Assembly (NCBI RefSeq): GCF_018977255.1
Contig: NW_024704742.1
Location: 95,420,001-95,484,000 of the forward strand
DNA from: Callorhinchus milii
Taxonomy: Eukaryota
Direction: 5' to 3'
DNA: 64,000 nucleotides
The notes beneath the pieces are model-generated. The model was not told the DNA's origin, made no database searches, and saw only the letters and a list, made by a program, of their open reading frames with translations. Positions 15,112 through 28,700 of the stretch are shown here, piece after piece. The position numbers and the translations under genes are program-made. Numbering within the stretch: the first letter of the stretch is position 1; each line of letters opens with the position of its first letter.

Positions 15112-15675
15112 GTGAGATATTCCTTACAATGAGTGCCAGGTTATATGAAATATACGGACAAATGCTATACAGCACTCAATGACAAAGTCATCGGGTGCAA
15201 AAAATGTCAGAGTTTCCGTTGGCACAATATAAATAACTAATGACAGTTCAAGCCCTCTCTATTTGTACAGTCTTGGGTTGCCGATTCTGAAAATGTTCAG
15301 AGTCTGTGTGCTTTTAAAAATTGGACAACTCTGATAAATGTTAGATGTGGTGTACAGTGGAGAGTTAATTATCCATACTAATTGGAACCAGCTCTATTGT
15401 GGATAAGCAAATAGTGTGGATAATTGGACATTACGAAAATACAAATGAGCTACGATGCTAAATAAATGATCTCTCCATCAGGATTTAGACTGTTACTGTA
15501 ATATGACACTACCAGTTTTCACTCACTCTGCCACTGTTTCTCTAACTTTTTTTCTCTCTCAGTCTGCCTTTCTCACTCTTCAATCTCTCATCCTTTCTTT
15601 CTGTGTATCTCTCTTTCTCTCTGAGTATCCCACTTTCTATCTCCCCTCTCTAAATATATTTACCTCTATCTTGGG

Positions 15676-17250
15676 TAGGAGCACTTGCCTCTCAAGCGAA
15701 AGTACCCGGGTTAGATTCCTGGGCAGGGCGAAACCTTAGGCAAGTTTCCTTACTCCAAATACCTCTGTTTACCTAGCAGTAAGTAGGAACCCAGTTGTTA
15801 GTCGATTGGTGGATCATTTTTTGGGGTAATTCTCCCTTCAAAAAAAATGTGGTCACTCAGGCAATGACTGTTTGTGGTATACCGCAACTGGCTGCTGCAT
15901 TTCGCCCACAAAATATACAGACAGTTCACTTTATAGTATATTCTGTGAAGTGCTTTGAGATGTCAAAGTTACAAATGACATTCTCTCTATCTGTGACCAG
16001 GGATCCCGCTGCCTCCTCGTCCTCCTGGATCTCTCTTCCACGTTCGACATAGTCGACCACGCCATCTTCCTCTGCTGACGCTCCTCCCTCAGCTACCTTA
16101 ATGGCACCGCACTCGCATGGTTTGAGTCCTACTTAACCAACCTCCTCGATTTCATCTCAGCAAATAGTTTCTCCTCCTGCCCCTGTCCAGTCACCTGCGG
16201 GATACCCCAGAACTCCATCCTTGGCCCTCATCTGTTCCTATTCTATATGCTCCCTATGGGCAATGTCATCCGCAGACACGGGGTAAACTTCCACATGTAT
16301 GCAGATGACACACAAATTTATTTTGCCTCCTCCAGTCCGCCGATGTTCTATTAACTTGTCTGGCAGACATCAAGGTCTGGATGAGTGTAAACTTCCTGCA
16401 GCTGAATATGGACAAGATGGAAGCCATACTCCTTGGCTCCCATCAACGTCTTCACTTCTGCGGATCTAAACTCCTGAATTTCACCAAATCAGTGTGCAAT
16501 CTAGGCATCCAGTTCAACCCCTAGTTGTCCTTCCTCCCCCACATCTGTTCCCTGACCAGGACTGGCTTCTTCCACCTCCGCCATATTGCGCGCCTCCAAT
16601 CTTACCTTACCCCAAATGCAGCTAAAACCCTCTTGCATGCATTTGTCACCTACACCCAATGCACTCCTCGCTGGTCTCCCCAGCTCCACTATTCAAAAGA
16701 TCCAGCTCATTCAGGACTCTGCTGCCCGTATACTGACCCGAACCAAACTCCAAACCCACATCTCACCAGTTCTGGCCAGACTCTACTGGCTCCCCATCAT
16801 TGAATGGATCGACTTCAAGATCTCACACTCGTGTTCAAATCCATTCACTCCCTGGCACCTCCCTACCTCTCCAACCTGCTCACTCCCCATTCCACCACCC
16901 GGTGCCTCTGCTCGACTGGTACCGGCCTCCTGCTTACCCCTCGCACCCTCTGCCCCACCATCAGAGGTCATGCTTTCAACCACTACGCCCCGAAACTCTG
17001 GGACACTTTCCCTCAACCTCTCTGCCTTGCCCCCTCTCTCCCCTTTTTCAAATCCCACCTGAAAACTTTCCTCTTCCACCGTGCTTATGGCCACCTCCAC
17101 CCCCGCTGGCTCGGCTCAGGCTCCACCACTGTTAAATGCTTTGAAACGCTACCCTGCGTGGACGGCGCTATATAAGTGCAAGTTGCTGCTGTTGTTGATG
17201 TCTCAATGGCGTGATAAGGCACTATATCAAATGCAAGGATTATTATTATC
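15676..17250 (+). mobile_element. Long-subfamily SINE (15676-15964 + 17197-17250) split by an L2 insertion
   Basis: SINE body stops at ...TTTGAGATGTC and resumes after the L2 tail as GATGTCTCAATGGCGTGATAAGGC...GGATTATTATT. Confidence 0.85.
15965..17196 (+). mobile_element. L2-clade LINE, 5'-truncated and decayed
   Basis: [37 protein letters not shown] and LKTFLF remnants; (GTT)n-like tail; GATGTC on both flanks. Confidence 0.9.
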
Positions 17251-20103
17251 TCTTAAACTGTCTCTAATCCTATACTATACAAAACTAAAGACACATACCT
17301 TCAAGCTACAAGGCCAAAAATCCAGTTGTGGACTTTCCAAAAGTTGTACACGTACACAGAAGAATACTAGATCCACGATTTACTAGTGTTTCGTAGCTCA
17401 ATTCCATCTCTAATAACCTTGTGGAGTCCTGTAGCTCAGTGGTTAGAGCACTCGCTTTGCAAGCCTCTATTTTGACAGCTAGCAACAGGACCCATATGAT
17501 TTTAAGCATGATCCGACACTAGCAAGCCTGAGACCATGCTGAGCTGTGCTGCCAATCTAAAATTGCAGACTTGAAACAAGAGTTGATAGCAATAGGATGC
17601 TGGAGTTGAAATAGTGTCCCAATGGAAACAAAAACTATGACTTGTGTCATTTATGCCTTGGGACCTAAAGTACTGGGATCCCCAAGTATGTCACACAGAC
17701 TGATGAGAGGTTGCTCTGGGAGCTGCGATCTCGTCAGTCGGCGTGATGAATGTTCGATTTCCTGCAAGAGAATCGCCTTTTCTGGCACAAATGCCATTTA
17801 CATTGAGCATTTGCTGTTGGAGCTGTCATCACACTCACCAGAATTTTTCCCCAATGGTCTTACTGGTTAAATTACCCTTTGCAGGTATCCACAGAACAAC
17901 ATACCCGCATGTATTCATTGGAATCAAAATATTGTTAATTGCAGGGGATGTAAAGACATCAAAGCTATTGAAAGAATCTTCAAAGCAGCACAGCTATTCA
18001 ATGGTTTTGGATACAGTTCAGAAATATTTTTAGATGTGTCAGTAGGTTCAATAATACATTTTTTTAAAAAGCAATGTATGGAAGAGGGTTGCCAGAACAG
18101 TTTTACTGTATAATTTAACACCTGCTGGTAAGCAACTGGCCTCATATCAGGTGCAGTGTACTCCTTCAGATCTGGAAACAAACCAGCACATTCATAATCC
18201 AGAAGTCGAACAACAAAACAAAACTAAAACTGAATGTTCTTGTGGAATGCTCAAAGTGAGTTGTGTTCAGTCAGCAATTGCTGTGGGCTTTGAAACTCTC
18301 CCCACCAACACCACACCCCCCCCAAGTTATATATGTTCCTCCCAATTCAGGCTCCAATTCCTTCTTTGTAAAGTGTTTGAGACGTAATCCTATGTGAAAG
18401 ATGCTATGTAAGAGCAAGTTGGGGTTGTTTTATTAACCTCTCAAACAAGATAACAAGATACGTTAATAGTTTTGTATGTCATCTGTGCCCCTGATCTACA
18501 GCATTAATTGATTTCAAATGTGTTTTTTTTACCCTGTGCTAACACGTGCATAACAGCATTAATACATTTTATGATTGTATAGACAGCACCATTTGCTTGT
18601 GCAGAGATTAGCTCCATCAATGCCAATCAACTTGGTACAAGAAATAAATTCTACATGTTCTGCACAGAACATAAAAGCCACGGCCTGTCACTGAAACTAC
18701 TTATATTGACATATTTTGATAGTGTTATGATCAGAGGTTACATTTGCCTTAACACATAATCATGAGACCAAGGGTGGAGATGCAAGTAAGTACAATAATA
18801 TAATATATATCATTAATCCTTGCATTTGATTAGCAAGGATTATGGTTGTTGAGACATCTCAAAGTGTTTCACAGAATATTCTGTAAAGTGGATTGACTGT
18901 ATTTTGTGAACTATGTATTTTGTGCATTGACTATTTTGTATATACTGCATTTGGCATTGTTTCAGAACAAGGTCTGTGCACTGGAGGCCAGAAATTTCAT
19001 CTAGTTTTAGGCTTAAAATTTAAGGTTATGCAGAGTTTTTCTTTAAATCTTAAATTTTGAGACAGTTGTATTAAAAATAATACCAGAAGGGATTTCAGAC
19101 CTTACATATTCGGATGGGCTGAGGCACAGAGTAGAACAATGTGGGGTTTGTCCTCAGAATTTTATGACCTCAGCCTTACCATCAGGCAAGGCATTGGAGT
19201 CCAGGGACTTCCCATATGCAGGAAGGGAAGTTTGGAGGGTGAGGTCCATAGCTTGGCTAACTAGGGTGTCATTCTGGTTCAGTTGGTAGCACTCTTGCTC
19301 CTGAGTCAGAAGGGTTCAAATCCCACATTGAAGATCCTGTGGCACTATTTGAAAACTGAAGGGGACTTCTCCAATGTTCTGCCAAACATTCCTCCAAATA
19401 AAATTGGTCATTCACTTCATGGCTATTTGTGGAAAATTACTGTGTGTAAAAATTGGCTGCTGCGTTTATCCACAAAACACAATCACTGTACTTTACAATC
19501 CTGTGAAGAGTTTTGGGATGTCCTCCTTACATGAAAATTGCTGTACCAAAGTATATGGATTATTATTACAGTATTATAACTACAAGGTACACGTTTCTTG
19601 GAACCAGCTTTAGCAGTTATGGGATTGTGGGCATTCTGTTTTCCATCAGAGTTGATAGAGATCAAGCTTGTGAAAAGAGGAAGGATTAAGAGTTTAGCCA
19701 TTAAAAATAAGTGGTGGAAAATGTTGGTTTGGTTTAAATGTAGAAACTCTCTAACCAGCTCCTTTTAAAAAGTAATTGAGTGTGTTATTATCATGCAGTA
19801 AATGGCAACATTTTGTTCTAAGCGGGATAATAATATTGTGGACATTTTATGCAGTAAGCAATTTCAAATGGACATCTCATTTTCCACAAACATTAATGGC
19901 CAAGGCGACATCAATAGCACATATTGGGACATCAACCTCTCCTGGCTTGAAAATGAAGCTGCGGTGATGGGCAGTTAGTTGCAGGGACCTGAGATGAAAC
20001 TTTGAAAATTCTGCACATTTTGAAAATGTATACGTACGCAATGTAAATGTTCTTTATCACGCATATTCCAGCGACTTGGGACATCCTCCCGAGGTGAAAG
20101 TAA

Positions 20104-20232
<129 letters not shown>

Positions 20233-22049
20233 TGAGTTTGTAGCAATAATCATTGAAGTGTTTCTATGAAAAAGGCTGTTGAATGTAAAACAGAAAAAGG
20301 TTTACCAATTTTACATGCATTCCCTTATTTTCCCTTATTTTTTTTTACAAATCACTTATAATTTACAATCAGTACTGAGAATGGTAAATATTAAAATTAT
20401 TGCCACAGAACAATACTTGGCAGCAATGTTTGTAAAGCGCTTCGAGATATTATCCTCCATGAATGGATCTATATAAATGCAAGTAGTTGTTATTGTTGAT
20501 GTGGTGCTTGATTGCATGCAATATAAGCAAAGGCATTTAAGAAGCGACAACATCAATGCTTGTGTTGCAAGCGATACTTTTCTAATGGCCAATATTTTTC
20601 ATTGAAACCTATTTGAAACAGCAGTGATTCCTCTTTATATCAACCATCATTCCAGACATAAGCTTGAAAGGGAAGGAAAATCTTTGGCGAGTATTTTCTA
20701 TGGAAAGTACTCCCCCTAGCTATAGACGAAGAAAATAATGCTATTACAAATGTGTATTGTACTATGTGTGAGGACATTTTTCGATTCCCGAAAACTGGTT
20801 TGGAAATTGGTTCATAGGAGATTTCTATTTGTCTTAACTGCAGTGTACACTCTCCCTAGAGGAATGCACAGTGCTTACGTAATTCTTGAAAGTATTAGGC
20901 ACAAGTTGAGAAGAGCCAAAGCTTGGGGATGTCAGAGTATGTGTTGGGATGCCGCTAACCAGCTAAAGACACATAGCTTGCCATTATAAATATTGCCTGA
21001 CAAGCTTCCCACTGACTTGACCAGATACGTCCTCCCTACCCATTAATTGAGGCTTTGGCTTGCAGAGCAAAGAGGAGTAGAGTGGGCAGAATCCCTGCCC
21101 CTAGTAACTGTTCTGCCACTCCCAATTCCTGCTGGTGAGCCAGGTGGCTGGTCTGCTCTGCATTAGAGAACAGACCTGTCTAACTCAGAAACTGGACTGC
21201 CAAGACTGTCACAGAGTGTCAACTTGATTCTGATATTTCATTGCCAAGCAAATCATCCTAGAGCCAGCTCAGTCCTAAGAAGACTTTGGCTAGCTTGCCC
21301 CCTCCCCAAGGAGTCAATAGTTGATTAGGTTTGAGCCTCACCACAATGATCACAGGGACTAGGAGTTCCTTTCATCCCTCTTAGTGAGCAGAACAACTCA
21401 GCATAACATGAGTGAGAGTATTATCACAATCCTGCTATCCACAGCTTGGACACGCATCTCTTCCCAATTGAATAGTGGTTCCACTAGTTGGAAATATGGA
21501 GCTTCAATGGTTGCTGTTTATCTCTGTGTACAATTCAAGGTAGATACCAAGCCCTTCTTAGCTTTGGACCAGTTTGTAAGTCAATCATGAGCTGCCTGTT
21601 TCTGAGGAAGTATATCTATGGCTGGGTGTTGCCAAGCAATTGAGGAAGCAAGTGCCAAATATCCAAGAAACACAGTGTTTTATTGTAGATCTGTTACTAT
21701 ATGTATTCGAAACACACTGGTGATGTCAGTAAAGATACACATTGGAAACTTGTGTAGTTCGATTCCAGAGGATGAACTTCCAGCAACAAAAGTGCTGATT
21801 GGGGTAGTTGAACGGCTAAACAACCCATTACCTGAGAAATTCACATCAGGGCCGTAAAATGCTGTGTGGCTGTAGATTGCTGTCCTCGGAGGACAGTGAA
21901 AAGGAAAATGCAGATGAGAGTGTGTCATAGAAACAGTGAGTCCTACCACGTGTGCAGACAGAGGGAATACAGCAGACACCCAGGCGATTTTCTTTCTCTC
22001 CCCAACACTGCAATGATATGAATAAAGGACATTGTAGTGCTTAATATAT

Positions 22050-22480
22050 AATGTAATCCTTGCATTTGATATAATAATAATCCTTGCATTTGATATAACG
22101 CTTTTCAAGTCTTCTCGACATCTCAAAGCGCTTCACAGAATATGCTGTAAAGTGAATTAACTGTATATTTGTGGGTGAAACACAGCAGCAGCGCACAGCA
22201 GTGTCCCACAAACAGTCGTGGATTGAAAATTACCAATTTATTATTGCTTTTTGTTTTGGAGGGATTATTATTAGGTGTGTGGAGTAAGGTAACTTGCCCA
22301 AGGTTTCGCCCTGCCTGGAATTGAACCCAGGTGTCTCGCTTGCAAGGTGAGTGTTCTAACCACTGAGCTACAGGACTCCACAAGCGCCTTATCACATCTT
22401 CGAGACGTCTCAAAGCACTTTGAGATATCCCAAAGCAGCCAATTGCGCCCAGCAGTGTCCCACAAACAGTTGTGGATTAA
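22050..22480 (-). mobile_element. tRNA-derived SINE (to ~22381) followed by rearranged SINE fragments
   Basis: Full head-to-tail match; duplicated tail motif TAATCCTTGCATTTGATAT; extra tail and Deu-like pieces at 22383-22480. Confidence 0.85.
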
Positions 22481-22784
22481 TACTGCTGGCCACCAATAAA
22501 GTCAAACATCCAGCGGTGGAAAAGAAACTTAAGATATGCCGACTGAAGATATGCAACTGTGGGACAATTAAAGTAAATGGGAGATATAAACATGGAAAAA
22601 CCCATCCCTTGATTTTCTGTGTAAACCTCGGAACAGTTGTTTACATCACTTAGACTGAAAGAATACATTCTTATCTTGAAGGTAAAATATTCTTTACATA
22701 AATAAATGTAAGCTCACTTATTTCGCTCATCCCCTCCCACTAACTGCCATGCCCCAAAGAATTGTTTTGCTCATTGCATCTAAA

Positions 22785-23107
22785 GTGGAGTCCTGTAGCT
22801 CAGTGGTTGAGCACTCGCTTTGCAAGCTAGAGACCTGAGTTCAATTCCAGGCAGGGCGAAACCTTGGGCAAGTTTCCTTACTCCACACGCCTAATAATAA
22901 TCCTCCAAAACCAAAAACAATAATAAATTGGTCATTTTCAATCCACGACTGTTTGTGGGACATTGCTGTGCGCAATTGGCTGCCGCGTTCGCCCACAAAT
23001 ATACAGTCAATTCACTTTACAGTGTGTTCTGTGAAGCGCTTTGGGACGTCCTCCCGACGTGAAAAGCGCTATATCAAATGCAAGGATTATTATTATTATT
23101 ATTATTA
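22785..23107 (+). mobile_element. tRNA-Ala-derived SINE, young short subfamily, full length (another 3' fragment follows at ~23111-23220)
   Basis: GTGGAGTCCTGTAGCTCAGTGG head, TGGGACATTGCTGTGCGCAATTGGCTGCCGCGTT Deu-like block, stem-loop tail, (ATT)n. Confidence 0.92.
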
Positions 23108-23689
23108 AAGAGTTTCGCCCACAAAATACACAGTCCCTTTACAGTATATCCTGTAAAGCATTTTGAGACATCCTGATGATGGGATAAGATGATATATCAA
23201 GTGCAAGGATTATTATTATTGAAGGTCTATCAATCTATCCAGGTTGATTAAAGCATTGTGGAGAAGAAATTACACCTGCATCCGGAATTTGATCAATTCT
23301 TAAATACAGCCTTGATTTCGAAGCCCATTTTCTGCAAGTTTCTTTTAAGAAAAATAGTTTCAGAGTTAAGACTGAATTCTGCAATTACCATTTTTAGATT
23401 TTTGAAATGCTACATAAGTTTAAAAATCTAGACCCAGGGGCTGGTTTGGCTGGTTGGTTAAGACAGGAGTAAACCGAGAATGCTAAGTAAGAAATTGAAC
23501 ATTCAGCCTTCATGCTGTAAAAGCCTCTCCTGCTCAGGTATGACAAGGGTTTGTTGGACAGGGCTCATAGTGTGATGTATCACCTCCTGTGATCAGAGGA
23601 AAGCAGTGTGATCATTAAAGGACAGCTGCCATGCTTGCTGCTGCTGGCGTCTCTGACTCAATTAAATGTACCTGTGTGTTTTGAAGTAT

Positions 23690-24315
23690 AACAACAACAA
23701 GAACAAGATTACATTTGTATAGCGCCTTTCATGTTGGGAGGACGTCGCAAGGCGCTGGACAGTGTACAGCAATTCAGACCCGAGCTGGGGTCAGGGCAGG
23801 AGAATGGAGGGGAAGGGGGTGGCCGCTGGCATGCTCAAAGAGGAGGGTTTTGAGGTGGGACTTGAAGGAGGCTAAGAGGGGGTGAGGCAGAGTGATTGTG
23901 GGATGGAATTCTAGAAGTTGGGGGCAGAGTGGCTGAAGGCTCTCCCGCCAATGGTGGGGTTTGTGGGTCGGGGGACATGGAGCAGGGCAGAGCCGGCTGA
24001 GTGGAGGGTATGGACGGGTTGGTAGGGGGTTAAAGGTCACAGAAGTAGGGTGGGGCGAGGCCATGGAGGGCTTTGTAGGCGAGGACCAGGATCTTGAATT
24101 AGATCCCCTGAAGGATAAGGAACCAATGGAGTCGGGCGAGAATGGGGGAGACGGGGTCATGGAGTTTGGTGCGGGAGAGGACACGGGCTGCTGAGTTCTG
24201 GATTATCTGTAGCCTGTGGAGGGAAGAGTTGGGAAGGCCGACAAGCAGGGCATTTGATAGTCGAGCCTGGAGGTGATGAAGGCATGAACAAGAGTTTCAG
24301 CGCCCTGAGGGGTAA
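23690..24315 (-). mobile_element. L2 LINE 3' fragment (a short + strand L2 end follows at ~24405-24555)
   Basis: (AAC)n tail on + strand, stem-loop AGCGCC...GGCGCT, SFKSHLKTLLF remnant. Confidence 0.85.
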
Positions 24316-25126
24316 ATAAAGCATTAGTCACCCTGTTCTATAGCATACTGCAACCTAACTGTGTCTCAATATCCCGTTCTGTAGTTCCCATGAGCAACAC
24401 CAGCAGGCTGCGGCCTGCTCCACAAACCCGCCCAGCCCGCCTCACCATCGACGGTCAGACTTTCAGCCTCTCTGCCCCCACCCCTTGGAACTGTTCAGTG
24501 CTTTGGGACATCCTCCCGACATGCAAAGCACTGCACAAATGTAATTTTGTATTGTACTGTTTAATGGAATCTATCCTTTGTAATATGGTCTTACTGGCTT
24601 CAGGTTTCTCCAATTATTACAGTGTTGGTAACTCTGTCTTTCAGTCGATACCCAACACAATGTTATAAAAGCATCTAGTGTATCCAATTTAATGTATTTG
24701 AAAGTGAGTCAGTGGATTGAATGTCCTTCTCCTGTTCCTGATTTCCTTTGTGCTGTGTTTGGTGAGGGTGCAGCACTATGCTAAAGCAATGGCAAGATAT
24801 TAGCCTCATGTACTCTCCTTCTCCCATCCCATGATATGTCCCTCTCACTGCAGAGTCTGTCAAAACCACCCAGACAGAGCAATGGCACACGCCGTTGAAT
24901 TGAATCTAAGATGGAAAAAGAGTGCAGCCGATGTTCCAGTAATCCACACTGATGCAGTACGAAAACAAGAAAATAACTTATATTTTTATATAACAACAAT
25001 AGGTTGCATTTATATAGCGCTCTTCACACAGGGTAGAGTGTCAGAGTGCTTGAACTTTTTTTGTCAAAAGGGTCTCAATACACTTCACAGAGTAATTACC
25101 GTCGTGTTTTGATTATTCTTTTGTAG

Positions 25127-25267
<141 letters not shown>

Positions 25268-26325
25268 TGAGTTTTTCCCTTCATTACAAAAGCAGCTTTA
25301 ATAAACTTCTTACTTGATTTAATTGTATTTTTCCCCAAGAAACCTAAATCGCTGGATCAAGTAGCAAGATCAGTGTATAAGGCAAATATGGCTTGCAAGC
25401 CAGCCAGTCAGAGAAATTGCACACTTCTAAACCCTTCAATATCCTTTCCAGTTAAATATTATCATGTGAGAGCACTTCAGTCAGTGTCTCAGATGTAAAG
25501 AGATTACACTCACTAAACACTCACCACAAGTAAAGCCTGTTTACGCCAAACGTATATTGTTTTCTCCAATTCGAAGTTCAGTGCACGCCATATACCATAT
25601 ATTTACTTATAATGCAAATTCACTTGTAACAGGGTTGCACAGTGGAGCCCGTTCACTGCAAGCTGACCATAGTCATTGATTTTTCAGCTCATTAAAGGTG
25701 TAAAATAATTTGACCTTAGCAAGCTTGCGAAGGGCGTTTTCCAACCTTTACTATACCGCAGATCACATGGTAAGGAAATGGTGGACTTGGTAAACATGAT
25801 ATATCACTGTTCAAGATTCTGCCCTTGCCACCCAGCAAATGCAGAATTTAAAGTCTTCATAAAATATATAATGGAAATCATTTACACCAGAAGGATTCAG
25901 AAGCAATGCTAGTGATGTGAGAAAAGTGCTAGTCGCAGTGTAGTAATAAGAAACGTAAGAAGCTCATTTCCAAATGGTATTTTTTTGAAGGAAACAGAAC
26001 AAAGAAAAGAGTGAAACTATTACTTTACCTCAGTCTAAATCATTTCTTGTTCTCACAATGCTTTCCTCAACTTTATATAAAAGCTTTTGTTAGCCAGGGA
26101 AGGGGGATGAGGAGGGTTGGAGGGGGGAGCTGAATCCATTTCCCTACAGTGAATCTTGTTTTCTGTTGACGTATCCATTGTTCCTCTCTCTTTCTTTCTT
26201 TTACTCCTGACAGCAGCATGATTTTCATTTCAGCATCTTTGTTTTCTTGAGAGCAAAACATCACGCAACCCCTATAGTGCTTGATTAATATTTTATTTGG
26301 ATAGCATTATTTAAATTGCATGTGA

Positions 26326-27836
26326 AACAACAACAACAACAACAAGATTCCATTTATTGAGCGCCTTTCATGTCGGGAGGACGTCCCAAGGCGCTGTACA
26401 GTTGGGTCAGGACCCGAGCAGGGGGGAAATGGTCAGGGTGATGGGAGGGAAGGGAGGGAGCGAGGAGGGGGTAGAGAGTCGAGAGGGGAGCTGAAGGCAC
26501 GGTCAAAGAGAAAGGTCTTGAGACCGGCCTTGAAGGAGGAAAAGGAGGAGGCGGCGAAGGCACTGGGGGATAGAGTTCCAGAGCCTCGGGGCTGAGAGGC
26601 TGAAGGCCCGCCCACCGATGGTAGGACGGTTGGGGCGGGGGATGTGCAGTAGACCGGAGCCAGAGGAACGGAGGGTACGGGCAGGTAGGTAGGGGGATAG
26701 TAGGTCGGAGAGGTAGGAGGGAGCAAGGCCGTGAATGGCCTTGTAGGTGAGGATGAGGATCCTGATCCTCTGGGGGATGGGGAGCCAGTGGAGGTGAGCG
26801 AGGGTGGGAGTGATGTGGTCCTGGTGCGCGACAGTACACGAGCTGCAGAGTTCTGAATGACCTGCAGCTTGTGGAGGGAGGTGCCAGGAAGGCCGGCGAG
26901 GAGAGAGTTCCCATAGTCCAGCCTTGAGGTGATAAAGGCGTGGACCAGAGTTTCAGCAGCGTGAGGGGTGAGGTAGTGCCGTAGTCTGGTGACATTCCGG
27001 AGGTGATGGAAGGCGGTGCCAGTTGTGGCGCGGATATGAGGGAGAAAGGACAGCTCAGGGTCGAACAGAACACAGAGGTTCCTGACTGCTTTGAGAGGTG
27101 GAGAGTGCAGCCTTGGATGCTGATGCTGACGTGAGCCAATCAGGAGGGCCTCAGTTTTACGCACGTTGAGCTGAAGAAAGTTATCAGGACTCGATGTCGG
27201 ACAGGCAGCTGTCAGGACATCGGTGGTCATGGAGTTGAGGGTAGAGGAGGAAAGATAGAGTTGGGTGTCATCCGCATACATGTGGAAGTTAACCCCATGT
27301 CTGCGGATGATGTCACCAAGGGGGAGCATATAGAGGGTGAAGAGGAGGGGACCGAGGACAGAGCCCTGAGGGACACCGCACGAGACAGTGCGGGGGCTGG
27401 AGGAAAAGCCGTTAGTAGAAAGACGGTGGGAGAGGTACGACCTAAACCACTCAAGGACAGGGCCTTGAAGGTTTAGTTGGGGGGGGAAAAGCGGTGGAGG
27501 AGGATAGCATGGTCGACCGTATCGAATGCTGCCGATAGGTCGAGGAGGACGAGGAGGCAGAGGGAGCCCTGGTCACAGATGATCAGGAAGTCATTGGTGA
27601 CCTTGACCAGGGCAGTTTCTGTGCTATGGGCAGCACGGAAACCCGACTGAAGCGGTTCGAATAGTGAATAGTTGGAGAGGAAAGAGCGCAGCTGGGAGGC
27701 GACAACTCTTTCCAGGACCTTGGACAGGAAGGGGAGGTTGGAGGTGGGCCGGTAGCTTGATAGCTGCGACGCATCAAGGGAGGGTTTTTTCAAGGTGGGA
27801 GTGATGGTGGCAGTTTTTAAGGGAATGGGAACAGAA
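26326..27836 (-). mobile_element. L2 LINE, 5'-truncated, RT region with several small deletions
   Basis: [69 protein letters not shown]; (GTT)n tail. Confidence 0.93.
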
Positions 27837-28375
27837 AGGATGCTACACTAATCTGGGCAAATAAATTCAGCACTTGAGCATATCTAAAATGAGTACCAAT
27901 AATACACAATGACTGATGCTTAGAAATTTACAAACATGCAAAGGCGAGAGATTGTCCCAGTCAGTTTGGCTCAGCACTACATTGTGCAATACCTTTACTT
28001 ACAGGGTGTCATTTATTTGTTATTACACATTGCAATTATTTTCAGTTTGCACATGGTAAATGGTTATTGCAAATGACAGCCCTAAAGTGGTACTGAGCCA
28101 TACAGACTAGTTAAGGCCCAGATTTATTCCCTCACTATCCTCCACCTTTCTTGATGCCAATCCGCAGCTCAGGTGCAAATCAGCACCTTGGGACATCCTT
28201 CCAATAACAGGCCATATATAAATGTAACTTGTTGTTGGTCTGTCTGTGCTCAGTCAGTTTGATCTCACATAGGGTGACTCTGAAAAGTTGCTATTGGTCA
28301 AAGTAAGCTATTTAATGGGTTATCTAGGTTTCAAGTTATCTTAATTGACTTAAGTTACATTATTAAAATATTAAT

Positions 28376-28700
28376 AACAATAATAATAATAATATTCCTT
28401 GCATTTGATATAGCGCTTTTCACGTCAGGAGGACGTCCCAAAGCGCTTCACAGAATATACTGTAAAGTGAATTGACTGTATATTTGTGGGTGAACGCGGC
28501 AGCCAATTGCGCACAGCAATGTCCCACAGACAGTCGCGGATTGAAAATGACCAATTTATTATTGTTTTGTTTTTTTGGAGGGATTATTATTAGGCGTGTG
28601 GAGTAAGGAAACTTTCCCAAGGTTTCGCCCGGCCTGGAATTGAACTCAGGTCTCTCACTTGCAAAGTGAGTGCTCTAACCACTGAGCTACAGGACTCCAC
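28376..28700 (-). mobile_element. tRNA-Ala-derived SINE, young short subfamily, full length
   Basis: Near-identical to the other young copies; flanked by TAAT on both sides. Confidence 0.92.
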
